A stretch of DNA of 64,000 bases from an uncultured cyanobacterium (GCA_963740315.1 CAVUDP010000001.1:1248001-1312000), one strand, 5' to 3'; numbered from the stretch's first letter, positions 42,401 through 52,545 are shown. Translations and numbers: made by a program. Notes: a model not told the origin generated them from the letters alone.

Positions 42401-42546
42401 TCCGCACAAAGAGATTCCAAATCCACCGACGCACGAATCCTTGCAAGGATGCGATCGAGTACCTTTTGATACTGCATCGTGCGCTGTAATTTTCCTTGAG
42501 TCTCTCCAGCTGTTATATAAGTTGATTCGTAAACGCTTTCTGACAT
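39409..42546 (-). CDS. Cyanobacteriochrome sensor histidine kinase with four GAF domains
   Basis: Three WxDTHLQ..GG(R/K)Y...C(H/Y) GAFs, one DYCF...CY GAF, H-box AHEINNP and GTGLGL. Likely start is ATG 42546 (track start 42591). Confidence 0.93.
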   Translation of the reverse strand: MSESVYESTYITAGETQGKLQRTMQYQKVLDRILARIRASVDLESLCADTSQDICWLLDVERVALYKFNEDWSGSFVNNFGFARTPWHDIRAFGKNLVWEDTHLQRNQGGKYIKNESYSVSDIYAADYPRCYIEVLEQFQIRAYAIAPIFAGSKLWGLLAAYQHSEARHWLDDEVEFLHQAGSYLGIAMQQAKTSAQAERQTAKLQNAVARQRALMEVVGNIRSSLDTKFIFDTTCKELCKLLKLERAAIYRFDEDWGGEFISHFGTVESQWETTNPFGKNLVWQDTHLQETKGGRYRNNESFAIADIYKAGHSRCHIDILEQFKIRAYVLAPIFIGPKLWGLLGAYQHSSPRQWLDYEVEFLSLVGGQLGVAIQQSEFLQQSKQQAIELEKSNARQRTLTDVVTKIRSFSNTDLILETTSQEVCKLLQVERVGVYRFNEDWSGEFVSNFGIPEVNWTNVNPFGKNLYWEDTHLQETKGGRYRNNESFAVNDIYQAGHVKCHLDILEQFKIRAYALTPIFVGRNLWGLLGAYQHTATREWESLEVEFLAQVANQLGVAIQSAELLSQTQSRADEQRQSAQQREILFDVVAKIRESLDLETIFKTTAQEIRRSLRADRVAVFRFHENSNYISGEFIAEDVLADFEPANGLLFEDYCFGERYVPQYTQGKVLAVSNIYKAGYQDCYVDILEKFEIKAYILIPLMEGKRLWGLLCIHQCGSYRNWKDEEIQFVTQVAAQLSVALKQANLLGKTREQAEQLTQTLKDLQLAQIQMIQSEKMASLGQLVAGIAHEINNPVGFIHGNLQHADEYTQELMKCLKLYQQHYPQPVVEIQEYLQETEIEFLFEDIPSLFKSMQVGTDRIRDIVLSLRNFSRLDEAKVKEVDIHDGIESTLMILQNRLKPEANTVQIKIVKDYEALPLVNCYPGPLNQVFMNLLSNAIDALEEHNKQRTPEDIKTNPSNIHISTSVIDEDWVTISIADNGPGIPSEIQDQIFNPFFTTKPVGKGTGLGLSISYQIVTEKHDGKLYFNSISGEGAEFVVEIPISRK

Positions 42547-42689
42547 GGGAATTAAAATTATATGTATTACCGTTAAATTTATTGTTCCCAATTCAGCATC
42601 AAATTCATATACAAGTTTTAAATAAAATTTCTTTTGCTAAATATCTACTCTTGTTTTATTTCAAAGTGTATTTACTTAAGTAAAAACTC

Positions 42690-42722
42690 AGAAACCCGGT
42701 ATCTTCAAGATACCGGGTTTCT
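42690..42722. terminator. Perfect 15-bp-stem hairpin (terminator or Nostocales AGAAACCCGG-type repeat)
   Basis: AGAAACCCGGTATCT-TCA-AGATACCGGGTTTCT. Confidence 0.6.
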
Positions 42723-42760
42723 ATGTTAATGTTCCCTACTCTCTACTCCCTACTCCCTGT

Positions 42761-44050
42761 TTATTTTTTATGACTAATCGGAATCTCAATTACAAACTTT
42801 GTACCTTGTGTAAGAGTAGAATCAAAATATAACTTGCCGCCGTGTTTATCAGTAATAATTTCATAGCTGATAGATAAACCCAAACCCGTGCCTTTTCCTA
42901 CTTGTTTCGTCGTAAAAAACGGATCGAAAACTTTTGTGTGAATCTCTGGCGGAATTCCACAAGCATTATCAGCAATAATGATTTTTATATAATTATTATT
43001 AACTTTTTGAGTAGAAATTGTAATCTGACTGGAAATATTTATATCATTTTCCTCAAAAGCATCAATAGCATTAGCAATAATATTCATAAACACTTGATTT
43101 AACTGACTGGGGTAGCATTCCACATCAGGAATATCGCCATATTCTTTGATAATTTGAATTTCATCATGTCCGGAGGCTGCTTTTAATTGACTTCCCAAAA
43201 TCATCAAAGTACTATCAATGCCATCATGAATATTAACCTTTTTAAATTCAGCTTCATCCAGACGGGAAAAATTACGCAGCGATAACACAATTTTATAAAT
43301 TCTTTCAGTTCCTACCTTCATCGAATCAAGTAATTTCATAAAATCTTCTTTGATAAAATCTAAGTCAATCTCTGTAATTTTATCTTGAATTATTGGAGAA
43401 CTTCGAGGATATTCTTGCTGATAAAGTTCTAATAATTCTACAAAATCTTGAGCGTATTCTCTAGCAGGAACAAGATTGCTATAAACAAAGCTAACTGGAT
43501 TATTGATTTCATGGGCTACTCCCGCTACCATTTGTCCCAATCCAGACATCTTTTCAGTATGAATCATCTGGGCTTGAGTGCGCTGAAGTTCTAATAATGT
43601 TTCTTCTAGCTGCTGAGTTTGTAAACTTAGCTTTGTTTCTACCAGCTTTCTTTCACCAATTTCTTTTTCTAAAGCTACATTTAATGCAGACAATTTTGGA
43701 ACATTAGGAATAGCTAAAAGCTTCGGAGTTAACCAAAAAAGTAATGCTGCCGTACCTAAAGATATTGTCGCAGTAGAAGCCTTTAGCCAACCAGAAACCC
43801 AATAATTAGGATGCCACAGCGTCCAAACTTCCGCTAAATGAGTAAATCCGCACAAAATAATAAAAGCACCAAAACAAAGAAAGATCCAATCAAAAGGAAT
43901 ATCTTCTCGTTTCTCAACTATATAGACAAGCATGATAGGAATTAAAAAATAAGCCACTGTTATTAAAGAATCTGAGATTAGATGCAGCGAAACCAACCCA
44001 GTTTTCCACAGATAACAATGCCCATGAGGAATAAATATGGTAGATAGCAT
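42761..44050 (-). CDS. Histidine kinase with an ETR1-like ethylene-binding transmembrane domain
   Basis: SDSLITVAYFLIP and FGAFIILCGFTHL match ethylene-receptor helices 1 and 2; AHEINNP and GKGTGLGL. Likely start is ATG 44050. Confidence 0.9.
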   Translation of the reverse strand: MLSTIFIPHGHCYLWKTGLVSLHLISDSLITVAYFLIPIMLVYIVEKREDIPFDWIFLCFGAFIILCGFTHLAEVWTLWHPNYWVSGWLKASTATISLGTAALLFWLTPKLLAIPNVPKLSALNVALEKEIGERKLVETKLSLQTQQLEETLLELQRTQAQMIHTEKMSGLGQMVAGVAHEINNPVSFVYSNLVPAREYAQDFVELLELYQQEYPRSSPIIQDKITEIDLDFIKEDFMKLLDSMKVGTERIYKIVLSLRNFSRLDEAEFKKVNIHDGIDSTLMILGSQLKAASGHDEIQIIKEYGDIPDVECYPSQLNQVFMNIIANAIDAFEENDINISSQITISTQKVNNNYIKIIIADNACGIPPEIHTKVFDPFFTTKQVGKGTGLGLSISYEIITDKHGGKLYFDSTLTQGTKFVIEIPISHKK

Positions 44051-44194
44051 TTTGTTTTTGATATAAATAATTAAATAGAGAAACAAAGCATTTTCACCAG
44101 TTTAAGCTTGAAAATCTTGAATAAACACGATTATTCGACATCTATCTTCTAATTAGATAAGTTTGCTTGGCATCAAGAGATGAGGAGAGGGGGT

Positions 44195-44258
44195 AGATGG
44201 GGTTCGGGGGAGATGGGGTTCGGGGGAGATGGGGTTCGGGGGAGATGGGGTTCGGGGG
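44195..44258. repeat. 16-mer tandem repeat AGATGGGGTTCGGGGG, 4 copies
   Basis: Direct inspection. Confidence 0.9.
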
Positions 44259-44340
44259 AGATGGGGAGACAATTACCAATTCGCAATTCCTAACTCCTAA
44301 TTCCTGATTCCTAACTCCTAACTCTTAACTCCGGTGGTTC

Positions 44341-45522
44341 TCACTCCTCACTCTTAACTTCCTCATCCGAATCCTTCGCCACTTTCATTACAAAATTTAT
44401 CAACCAAGGTCCCAAAGCGATAATAATTAGCATTCGCGTCAACTGCATTGCTAATACTAAACCCGTGTCACCACCTAACTGCATTACGGTAGCAACCATC
44501 GCTTCTAAACCTCCAGGAGTAAACCCTAATAAAGAGGTAATAATATCAACGTGAGTAAATACATGAAATTCATATCCAACACCAAGACATAAAAGAATCA
44601 ACGATATTACCAAACCGATTTCAATTAACACCGCTTTCAATAGTTTATTAGCAGTTTTAATATCAAATTTAACGCCAATTGAAATCCCTACAAATAATAA
44701 TCCTGTAGCGAATAACCATTGAGGAACCTGCAATTCATAAGGAGAACTCCAAAACACCGCTAACCCAACTAAAAACGTACCTAAAAACCCAGAAGCAGGT
44801 AAACGCAACAGATTGCCACCCCACATTCCCACAACGCAACATCCACCCAATACGATTAAATTCAACCACATCGGAATTGAAGGATTATTTGTGGTTGTTG
44901 TTGCGTTAAGCGAAGCTCTACCGGAGGTAATCGCCATTGTCATGGAGTTATTCAAATCGGCAGGAAAAAAGAAACCAGCCGCGCTTGGTATCAGTAAAAC
45001 CACTAATAGTAAACGTAAATACTGAAACACGGCAACCGCAACAGCATCCGCTCCCATTTCTTCGGCGATCGGGACAATACTGGAAGCAGCACCGGGAATA
45101 AATGCAACTAATCCCGTAACTTTATCAATACCAGACAAGCGAGATAATAGATATCCGTGAAACAAGCTCAAGCTACCAGAAATTAACACGCATAATAGTA
45201 GCGGTACTGCATAAGTCGTAGCTACATTTATTGTGTCCCAAGAAAAACGTACCGCAGTAGCTAGGGCAATAAACGCCTTACCAAAAGTCATAAAAACCTT
45301 CGGTAATGGTTGGGGATTACCTTGGATAGTCGAATAAATAATTCCCCCAATCATCGAACCCAACAACCAACCAACAGGAATTTGCAACCAGCTAAACACG
45401 AAACCCGCACATATTCCTAAAGCTAGCTGAAAGACAATAGTTGTTATTTGCGGTAAATAGGAAAAAAGCCGATCTCGCCATTTCTGAGAATCAGATTGTA
45501 AAGATAAAATTTTATTAATCAC
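44341..45522 (-). CDS. AbrB family duplicated membrane protein (putative ammonia monooxygenase-like annotation)
   Basis: Two repeats containing IPVGWLLGSM, PGAAS/PGGLEAM and QYLRL/QLTRM. Confidence 0.85.
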   Translation of the reverse strand: MINKILSLQSDSQKWRDRLFSYLPQITTIVFQLALGICAGFVFSWLQIPVGWLLGSMIGGIIYSTIQGNPQPLPKVFMTFGKAFIALATAVRFSWDTINVATTYAVPLLLCVLISGSLSLFHGYLLSRLSGIDKVTGLVAFIPGAASSIVPIAEEMGADAVAVAVFQYLRLLLVVLLIPSAAGFFFPADLNNSMTMAITSGRASLNATTTTNNPSIPMWLNLIVLGGCCVVGMWGGNLLRLPASGFLGTFLVGLAVFWSSPYELQVPQWLFATGLLFVGISIGVKFDIKTANKLLKAVLIEIGLVISLILLCLGVGYEFHVFTHVDIITSLLGFTPGGLEAMVATVMQLGGDTGLVLAMQLTRMLIIIALGPWLINFVMKVAKDSDEEVKSEE

Positions 45523-45643
45523 AAAGCAATATATAGACAGATATATTTACATTAAGAATCAAATCATTAATTCTCATCTTAGTTTATCTTGCTTTGTAAG
45601 TAAGTTGGTTGAAAAAATTGTATTATAGGTTTCAAAAAGCAAA

Positions 45644-45977
45644 TTATCCCACAGCAAATTCTGTAAATTGTCGTTTAAAAGCAGAATGAAACCCTAACAC
45701 AATATCTTGTTTGCTAATTCCTCGCTCTACTAATTCATTTGCAACACCACCTTCAGTTCCATCATGCTGTATCCATATTTTATTATCTTTAATATCAAGA
45801 TGAATAACGCATCCATAGACTCTTCGTTGATTTGACCAACCTACATGAATTAATTGATAATGATTTCTTTCTACATCAAAAACAATAAAGCGGTTCTACA
45901 TCTTCGTTAATTGATTTTATTGCACCATGTTCTCGTAAAATATCTTGAATTATTTGACGATACTGTTCTAATTCCAT
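45644..45977 (-). pseudogene. xisI: XisI family protein with a +1 frameshift
   Basis: MELEQYRQIIQDILREH...DVEPL, then in a shifted frame IVFDVERNHYQLIHVGWSNQRRVYGCVIHLDIKDNKIWIQHDGTEGGVANELVERGISKQDIVLGFH...FAVG*. The span is 334 bp, one more than a multiple of 3. Confidence 0.88.
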
Positions 45978-46156
45978 GTCACAATTACCTTTTTCACAGG
46001 ATCATATATTATTAATTTTACTTGATAGCGTTCTACCAAACGTCTGTGAAAAAGTTTGTAGTAATACATTTAGCCCTTATCATAACTAAAGCTTTGACTG
46101 TTCTCTTATACTTATTGATATTCACTTACTGAATACTAACTCAATTTTTACAAATC

Positions 46157-47179
46157 ATGAATTACGAACAAAATACTATTCAAGGCATTTACGAAGTTTG
46201 TATTGGAGTTAATGAGCCAATTTCCGCCATTCAATATTGGCAGCAGTTCGGTTATCGCATCGGTAATACTGGTGAATTAAATGCCGTTCAAGCTCATAAA
46301 TTATACGGCGTAAATTCTGCTTTACGTTCGATTCGACTTTACCATCAAAATTCAGATCATGGCTTAATCCGTTTGATGATTTGGCAAAACCCAATTAACC
46401 AAGGATTGGGTATTAGTTCCATGAAAGTTAAAGGTAATCGTTGGGCTACTACTTTAACCAATGATTCTTTAAACATTTTAAATCATGCCGAATTAGCTTC
46501 TTGTGCCGGTGAAACTATTAAATATACCAATCCTCGCTGGGAAGTTATTTATAACAAAGAAAGAAAAAGCCGTCCTTTTTTAGATGAAACTGTAGGCGTG
46601 CGAGAAATGCTGCTGCTACAACCTTTAACCCGACAGGTTATATTTCAAAGGTTTGGCTATGATTTACCTGATTACGGAAATATCAATGAAAATTCGCCTT
46701 TCAAAGCCAGCCAATTTACTCACATGGGGATGATAGTTCAAGATGATAGCAAAGAAATTTTGAACTTTTACGCTGAAGGTTTGGGTTTATTGCGGGTGCG
46801 CGATGATGTAGAAACTAGTTACGAATCTTCTTTAGCCGGAAGAGAAATCTTTGATTTACAGCCCGGTGAAAAGTTTTTTGTCACAGCTTTTGACGATCCG
46901 CGTTCTTCTGCAACTGATATATTTGCCGCGCGTTCTGGTAGACTTTATATTATTCGTTTTCCTGAATCTATTACTTTAAAAGCGGAATTTGAGAAAGCGC
47001 GATCGGGTTGCTTGGGAATGTGTTTGTATACTTACCGCGTATCTAATATAAACTATTATTTGCAACGCATTCAGTCAACTTCCGCCAAAAATATTACAGC
47101 AATTGAGAATAATGAATTTGGGGAAACTAGTTTTTCTTTTATTGCCCCAGATGGTTATCAGTTAACATTTATCAGTTAA
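46157..47179 (+). CDS. VOC/glyoxalase-like family protein
   Basis: Repeated VOC modules (YEVCIGV...YWQQFG; THMGM...FYAEGLG; NEFGE.SFSF.APDGY). Confidence 0.7.
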   Translation: MNYEQNTIQGIYEVCIGVNEPISAIQYWQQFGYRIGNTGELNAVQAHKLYGVNSALRSIRLYHQNSDHGLIRLMIWQNPINQGLGISSMKVKGNRWATTLTNDSLNILNHAELASCAGETIKYTNPRWEVIYNKERKSRPFLDETVGVREMLLLQPLTRQVIFQRFGYDLPDYGNINENSPFKASQFTHMGMIVQDDSKEILNFYAEGLGLLRVRDDVETSYESSLAGREIFDLQPGEKFFVTAFDDPRSSATDIFAARSGRLYIIRFPESITLKAEFEKARSGCLGMCLYTYRVSNINYYLQRIQSTSAKNITAIENNEFGETSFSFIAPDGYQLTFIS

Positions 47180-47424
47180 CATTGCGATCGCATAAGCAAC
47201 AATACCGTTTACTCCAAGAGACTTGAGTTAATTGTTCTTTGTTTGATTGTTTTTTTATAAGTGTCATTATGTCCGCTCCACTCTACCCCACTTACTACCA
47301 TTTGCAGGTTAGATTGTGAGGTTTATAGCGAGCGATTTATAATTTATAAGTTGTTAGTAGGTTTGTAGTAAGGGCTTAAGCCCTTTTACCTCAAGATTAA
47401 AGTCGGCACGTAAAACCTTAATTT

Positions 47425-48348
47425 TTATTTTGCGATCATTTCTTGAATAAATCCAGGTAAAGCAAAGGCGGCTTTATGAATATCTGCATTGTAATAGCGT
47501 AAATTATGCTCTTTAACAAACTGCGTGGCTTTCTCGTAATCTAAATTCTTGACGGGATGACTGCCTTGTTTAGAACAATAAGTCAAACTCCACATTCCGG
47601 TAGGATACATGGGAATAAACACTAAATAACAATGCACCGAATCATTGCCAAAAACTTGTTTGAGACATTGATTTAAATCTACAAAAGCTTGTTGATAAAA
47701 AATGGGCGATTCGCTTTGTACCGTTACTACTCCACCAGGGCGGAGAGTGCGATACACATCTTGATAAAATGATTTTGTAAATAATCCTTCCGATGGACCT
47801 ACGGGATCTGAAGAATCAATTATTATTAAGTCATAGGAATTATCGGCGGCATTTTGAACGAATTTAATGCCGTCATCGATGAGTAAATTTAACTTCGGAT
47901 GCTCCAAAGCTGACGAAATTGTTGGTAGAAATTGCTTGGAAGCACGCACCACCGCTTCATCGATTTCTACCATTGCGATCCGCTCAATTCCTTGATGGCG
48001 AACTAATTCACGAATCGTACCGCCATCACCAGCGCCAATTACAAGCACATCTTTGACATCGGGATAAGCCAACATCGGTACGTGAACAATCATCTCGTGA
48101 TAAGCCGCTTCATCTGCTTCGGTACACATTACCATGCGATCGATAGTCAGTATTTTCCCTCTATCATGAGTATCAAATATTTCTACTGTTTGAAAGGGGG
48201 ATACTTCATGGAAAAGCCTTTCTCCCTTTAAACGAATGGATATAGCAAAATTTCCATTGCTATCTGTTACCCATTCGGTAGAATTTATTTTACCGGGTTG
48301 TTCTGAAATAGTCATTTGTAGATGCGTGGAAGATTGCGAATGTACCAA
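47425..48348 (-). CDS. speE: Spermidine synthase (polyamine aminopropyltransferase)
   Basis: YHEMIVH, VLVIGAGDGG, VEID, IIDSSDPVGP and YNADIH. Confidence 0.95.
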   Translation of the reverse strand: MVHSQSSTHLQMTISEQPGKINSTEWVTDSNGNFAISIRLKGERLFHEVSPFQTVEIFDTHDRGKILTIDRMVMCTEADEAAYHEMIVHVPMLAYPDVKDVLVIGAGDGGTIRELVRHQGIERIAMVEIDEAVVRASKQFLPTISSALEHPKLNLLIDDGIKFVQNAADNSYDLIIIDSSDPVGPSEGLFTKSFYQDVYRTLRPGGVVTVQSESPIFYQQAFVDLNQCLKQVFGNDSVHCYLVFIPMYPTGMWSLTYCSKQGSHPVKNLDYEKATQFVKEHNLRYYNADIHKAAFALPGFIQEMIAK

Positions 48349-48510
48349 GAATCAAGTATATGATTTTAACGTTTTTGATTCAAGGATTTGAATTAATAAA
48401 TAATTTTTGATTATACGATCGGATTATTTTAAATAAAATAGCTTAAATAAAATCAATTCACTAGAAATTAATTACATAAAAAAATATTATTAAATAGATG
48501 TTGTAATAAT

Positions 48511-49872
48511 TTAAAAAGGAATCTGAATTAAAAACTCCGTACCTTTTCCTGGCGAAGAAATACACTGCAAATTTCCACCATGATTTTCAGTAATGATTTT
48601 GTAACTAATTGAAAGTCCTAAGCCAGTACCCTTTCCTTCTGGTTTAGTAGTAAAAAATGGTTGAAAAATTTCATTTCTGATTGATTCTGGCATTCCTTTA
48701 CCATTATCGGCAATTTTTACAGTAAGTTGATGTTTATCTATAGTAGTTCCGATATAAATTTGAGGATTTTTGATTATAAAATTATGACTCAAATCTTCAC
48801 AATCAAGCATTGATTCTTCCAAAGCATCAATTGCATTTGCCAACAAATTCATAAATACTTGATTTAATTGTCCTGAATAACATTGTACTTTAGGTAAAAC
48901 ACTATAATCTTTAACTATTTGAATAGCGGCACGTTTGGGATAGGCTTTGAGACGATGCTGTAAAATCATCAAAGTTGCTTCTATGCCCTCATGAATATCA
49001 ACAAATTTTTTATTTTCTCCATCACTACGAGAAAAGTTTCGTAAAGACTGCATAATTCCCTTGATGGTATCGGTACCCAACTTCATAGAAGACATCAGCT
49101 TGGGTAAATCTTTATCGATATGTCCTAAATCCATTAATTCTATTTGCTCTTGAACTTCGCTACCGGGATTAGAGCAATTTTTTTGAAAAAGCCGTACTAA
49201 TTTGAGTAAATCTTCAATGTATTGGTTAGCGTAATGTAAATTAGTAGAAATAAAACCGATAGGGTTGTTAACTTCGTGAGCAACACCAGCAACTAATTGT
49301 CCTAAAGAAGATATTTTTTCTGTTTGAACTAACTGTAACTGAGTTTGTTTTAATTCATCTAAAGTTTGAGATAGTTCGCAAGTTCGCTCATCTACTCGTA
49401 TTTCTAGTTCTTGTTTTTGCCAATCTAATTCTACGTTTAATTTTCGTAATTTTAAATGCAGACTAATTCTGGCTAAAACTTCTTGCTGTTCAAATGGTTT
49501 AGTAATATAATCAACAGCCCCTAAACTTAAACCTTTAACTTTTTCTTCTGCTTCTGTAAGTGCAGTTATAAAAATAATCGGGATATCTTTTACAGATGGA
49601 TTCGCTTGCAATCTACGACAGGTTTCAAAACCGTCCATTTTTGGCATCATTACATCTAATAATATCAGATCCGGAGGATTGCTTTCTACTTGCTCGATGC
49701 CGCTAATACCATCCATTTCCACTAAAACTTCATAGCCTGCACCTCCTAACACATCATGTAGAATTTCTAGGTTGGTTGGGCTGTCATCAATTACTAAAAT
49801 TGTTTCTAACTTTTTATTAGAGTCAAATTCTTCGTAAGGTAAATCCATATTTTTAGAATGATTATTTATCAT
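48511..49872 (-). CDS. Receiver plus histidine kinase hybrid protein
   Basis: Receiver ILLDVMMP, H-box AHEVNNP and GKGTGLGL. Confidence 0.93.
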   Translation of the reverse strand: MINNHSKNMDLPYEEFDSNKKLETILVIDDSPTNLEILHDVLGGAGYEVLVEMDGISGIEQVESNPPDLILLDVMMPKMDGFETCRRLQANPSVKDIPIIFITALTEAEEKVKGLSLGAVDYITKPFEQQEVLARISLHLKLRKLNVELDWQKQELEIRVDERTCELSQTLDELKQTQLQLVQTEKISSLGQLVAGVAHEVNNPIGFISTNLHYANQYIEDLLKLVRLFQKNCSNPGSEVQEQIELMDLGHIDKDLPKLMSSMKLGTDTIKGIMQSLRNFSRSDGENKKFVDIHEGIEATLMILQHRLKAYPKRAAIQIVKDYSVLPKVQCYSGQLNQVFMNLLANAIDALEESMLDCEDLSHNFIIKNPQIYIGTTIDKHQLTVKIADNGKGMPESIRNEIFQPFFTTKPEGKGTGLGLSISYKIITENHGGNLQCISSPGKGTEFLIQIPF

Positions 49873-49913
49873 ATTAATTCCTGCGTTCTAAAATAAATAT
49901 ATATTATTTTCTA

Positions 49914-52265
49914 TTAATTGATATTTTCTTGAAGAAATTCACGAATTTTATTGATGTTAAAACTTTTAACAAATGAATACAATTCCTCAACAAACTCTTG
50001 ATATTCTTTATCTATTTGCGAGATTCTATCTAATTCTTTTTGAATACCTGTAATTTTCCCTTTTTTAGCGAATTCCAGTAGTAGTTCTAACTCAGAAGTA
50101 GGCGGAATAATTATAGAGCGCTTTGGAGGTAATTTTGAAGTCATTGATTTTGTGATTTCTTCATTGCTATAAAGCCAAGTAAGTTTTAATTGCTTTGCTA
50201 ATACACGATAAAGTTCGTTTGATTTTACTGGTTTTTTTAAAAAGTAGTTTGCCCCCAATTCCATAGCTTTTTGATTATCGCGTTCGGATGTACTGACAGT
50301 GCAGAAAAAGAATAATGTTTTTTGCAAATCATCTATTTTGCGAACTTCTTCAAGCATTTTCCATCCATGCATTATTGGCATTTTAATATCGGAAATAATC
50401 AAATCGGGATGATATTTAATTGCTTTTTCTAAACCATCTTGACCATTTTCTGCTTCGATTAAGTCAAAGCCAATACTTGATAATAAATTAATAAATAGAG
50501 AGCGGTTTTCCCATCTATCATCTACAACTAAAATTTGCTTTGTTTTACCTGCATAACCAATAACTCTGCCTGTACGAGTGATACTGCTTGTTTCAGTCCA
50601 ATCTTCAGCTACCGAGCATTCTATTTCAAATTGAAATACGCTTCCCATATCCAATTTACTTTTAACTTGAATTGTACTATGCATCATTTCTATTATCTTT
50701 TGACTCAAAGCCAATCCAAGCCCGGTACCTTCTGATTTATTTTTAGTTGTACCTAATTGCTCAAAAGGTAAAAATATTTTATCTAATAGTTCGGGTTTCA
50801 TACCTACACCAGTATCTTCTATATGGAAAAGCAATCTTACTTTTTCTGAAAAAGATTCTTGCTTTATTTCTAGCACCTCGACTTGTAAAGTAACGCAGCC
50901 TTTTTCGGTAAATTTAATTGCATTACTGAGTAAATTTATTAATACTTGTCGCAATCGTCTTTTATCAATAGTAATACCACTCGGTAAGTTTTCTGGAGTC
51001 AAATAAATAAAATTCAAACCTTTTTCTTCGGTTTTATTTCGGCATATTTCTACAATTTCTTGTAAAAATGAAGGAAAATGAAAATCACTAGGATACAGTT
51101 TTATTTGATTTGCTTCTATTCTAGAAAAATCAAGAATATCATTAATTAATGTTAATAAATGTTTGCCGCAACGGTGAATAATTTCTATCCCACGCTGTTC
51201 TTTTTTAGATAGATTAGGCGAATTTTGAAGAATTTGGGTGTAACCCAAAATACCATTTAACGGCGTGCGGAGTTCGTGACTCATATTCGCCATAAACTCG
51301 CTTTTGGCATGACTAGAAGCATCGGCAGATATTTTTGCTTCTTCTTGTGCTTTTATGTGTATTTTTATCTGCTTAAAAAGCTGATTAACCGAATCTGCAA
51401 GTTTTATTGATTCTATATTTCCCGTTACGGGTATTTCTAAATCATAGTTTGCTGACTCTAAAGCTTTATTAGCTACGTTATTAATGTTCAAAATCGGTTG
51501 AGCAATCTTTCGACTACTGTAAATAACGATAAAAAACCCGATAGTTAAAGACAAAAGAAGACTAATAATTGTAATTAGCGATCGCAACATTTGCGCTTTA
51601 CTTAAATCACTTTCTGCCTTTTCTTCTTGCACCTCTATAGATTTCACCAAAATTTGCAACTCCGAGACAAATTCTAATGTTTTAATTCGCGAGTCGCTGG
51701 CGGCTAAATTTGCGAGAAGCTGTTTTACTTCTACTTCCTTTGACTTCAAGTTATCTGAGTCAATCGGGTTTAAAGTATTTTTAGAATCTTGAGCAAATTG
51801 TTTTAAGTTAGCGTTATACTTTTTAATTAATGGTTCAGAAGTTGTTGAAGCACTTACATTCACTTGTGCGAGCAATGCCTCAAAATTACTTGCTTTGTTA
51901 ATTACCCTTAACTTTACTTGTTGAAACTGCTGGGGTTTTTGTAAGTAAGGAGAAAGCTCGCTAATTGGTTGTAAACTCAAAGTAGTATTTAGCAGGTTAT
52001 TCAACAGTTTCAATTCTTGACGAATATCCTTTCTCTGACGATTTGCTTGATACACCCAAGAATTGCCCATACTCAAACCAAAACCACTACCCCCTAGAGT
52101 AATACCAAGTGCAACAGCATATGCCAAACAAATATTTTTTTGCAAACTAAGGCGATTCATTATCCAGGATGCAGGATTAAAACGCCATCCAGACGAAACC
52201 CCAGAAGCTGTTTGATGCTCCTGAGTATGGGGTTGGGATGGATGGTTTGAGGAAGGATAAGTCAT
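49914..52265 (-). CDS. Membrane hybrid histidine kinase (2 TM, HAMP-like, HisKA, HATPase, receiver)
   Basis: SHELRTPLN, NAIKFT, GTGLGL and receiver ISDIKMP. Confidence 0.93.
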   Translation of the reverse strand: MTYPSSNHPSQPHTQEHQTASGVSSGWRFNPASWIMNRLSLQKNICLAYAVALGITLGGSGFGLSMGNSWVYQANRQRKDIRQELKLLNNLLNTTLSLQPISELSPYLQKPQQFQQVKLRVINKASNFEALLAQVNVSASTTSEPLIKKYNANLKQFAQDSKNTLNPIDSDNLKSKEVEVKQLLANLAASDSRIKTLEFVSELQILVKSIEVQEEKAESDLSKAQMLRSLITIISLLLSLTIGFFIVIYSSRKIAQPILNINNVANKALESANYDLEIPVTGNIESIKLADSVNQLFKQIKIHIKAQEEAKISADASSHAKSEFMANMSHELRTPLNGILGYTQILQNSPNLSKKEQRGIEIIHRCGKHLLTLINDILDFSRIEANQIKLYPSDFHFPSFLQEIVEICRNKTEEKGLNFIYLTPENLPSGITIDKRRLRQVLINLLSNAIKFTEKGCVTLQVEVLEIKQESFSEKVRLLFHIEDTGVGMKPELLDKIFLPFEQLGTTKNKSEGTGLGLALSQKIIEMMHSTIQVKSKLDMGSVFQFEIECSVAEDWTETSSITRTGRVIGYAGKTKQILVVDDRWENRSLFINLLSSIGFDLIEAENGQDGLEKAIKYHPDLIISDIKMPIMHGWKMLEEVRKIDDLQKTLFFFCTVSTSERDNQKAMELGANYFLKKPVKSNELYRVLAKQLKLTWLYSNEEITKSMTSKLPPKRSIIIPPTSELELLLEFAKKGKITGIQKELDRISQIDKEYQEFVEELYSFVKSFNINKIREFLQENIN

Positions 52266-52545
52266 TCGTCTGGCAGCTTTTGCATTTAGATATAGAATGT
52301 CTGGTAATTACATAATTCCCAAATTGCAACTCAAAATTGTCATAAATTTTGACAATTTATCAATTGATGCTTGCTTTTTCGATTCTTAACATCGTCTGAG
52401 TCTGTTTTTACTTCAATATTTCAGCATTATGACGCTACATCAAAAACAAATTTTTGCCCATTGCATCTTCCCCCGTTGTTGTAGCTGCCGTGCATGAAGT
52501 ATCATGCAACAAATAACTATTGCAGCTTTGATTAACAGTAGTTTT

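Noticed and set aside
44341..45522. Ammonia monooxygenase
   Set aside because: AbrB-family membrane protein with no AmoA/B/C motifs.
45644..45977. Heterocyst excision element (fdxN-type)
   Set aside because: No recombinase or xisH, and no interrupted target gene; solo xisI copies are common.
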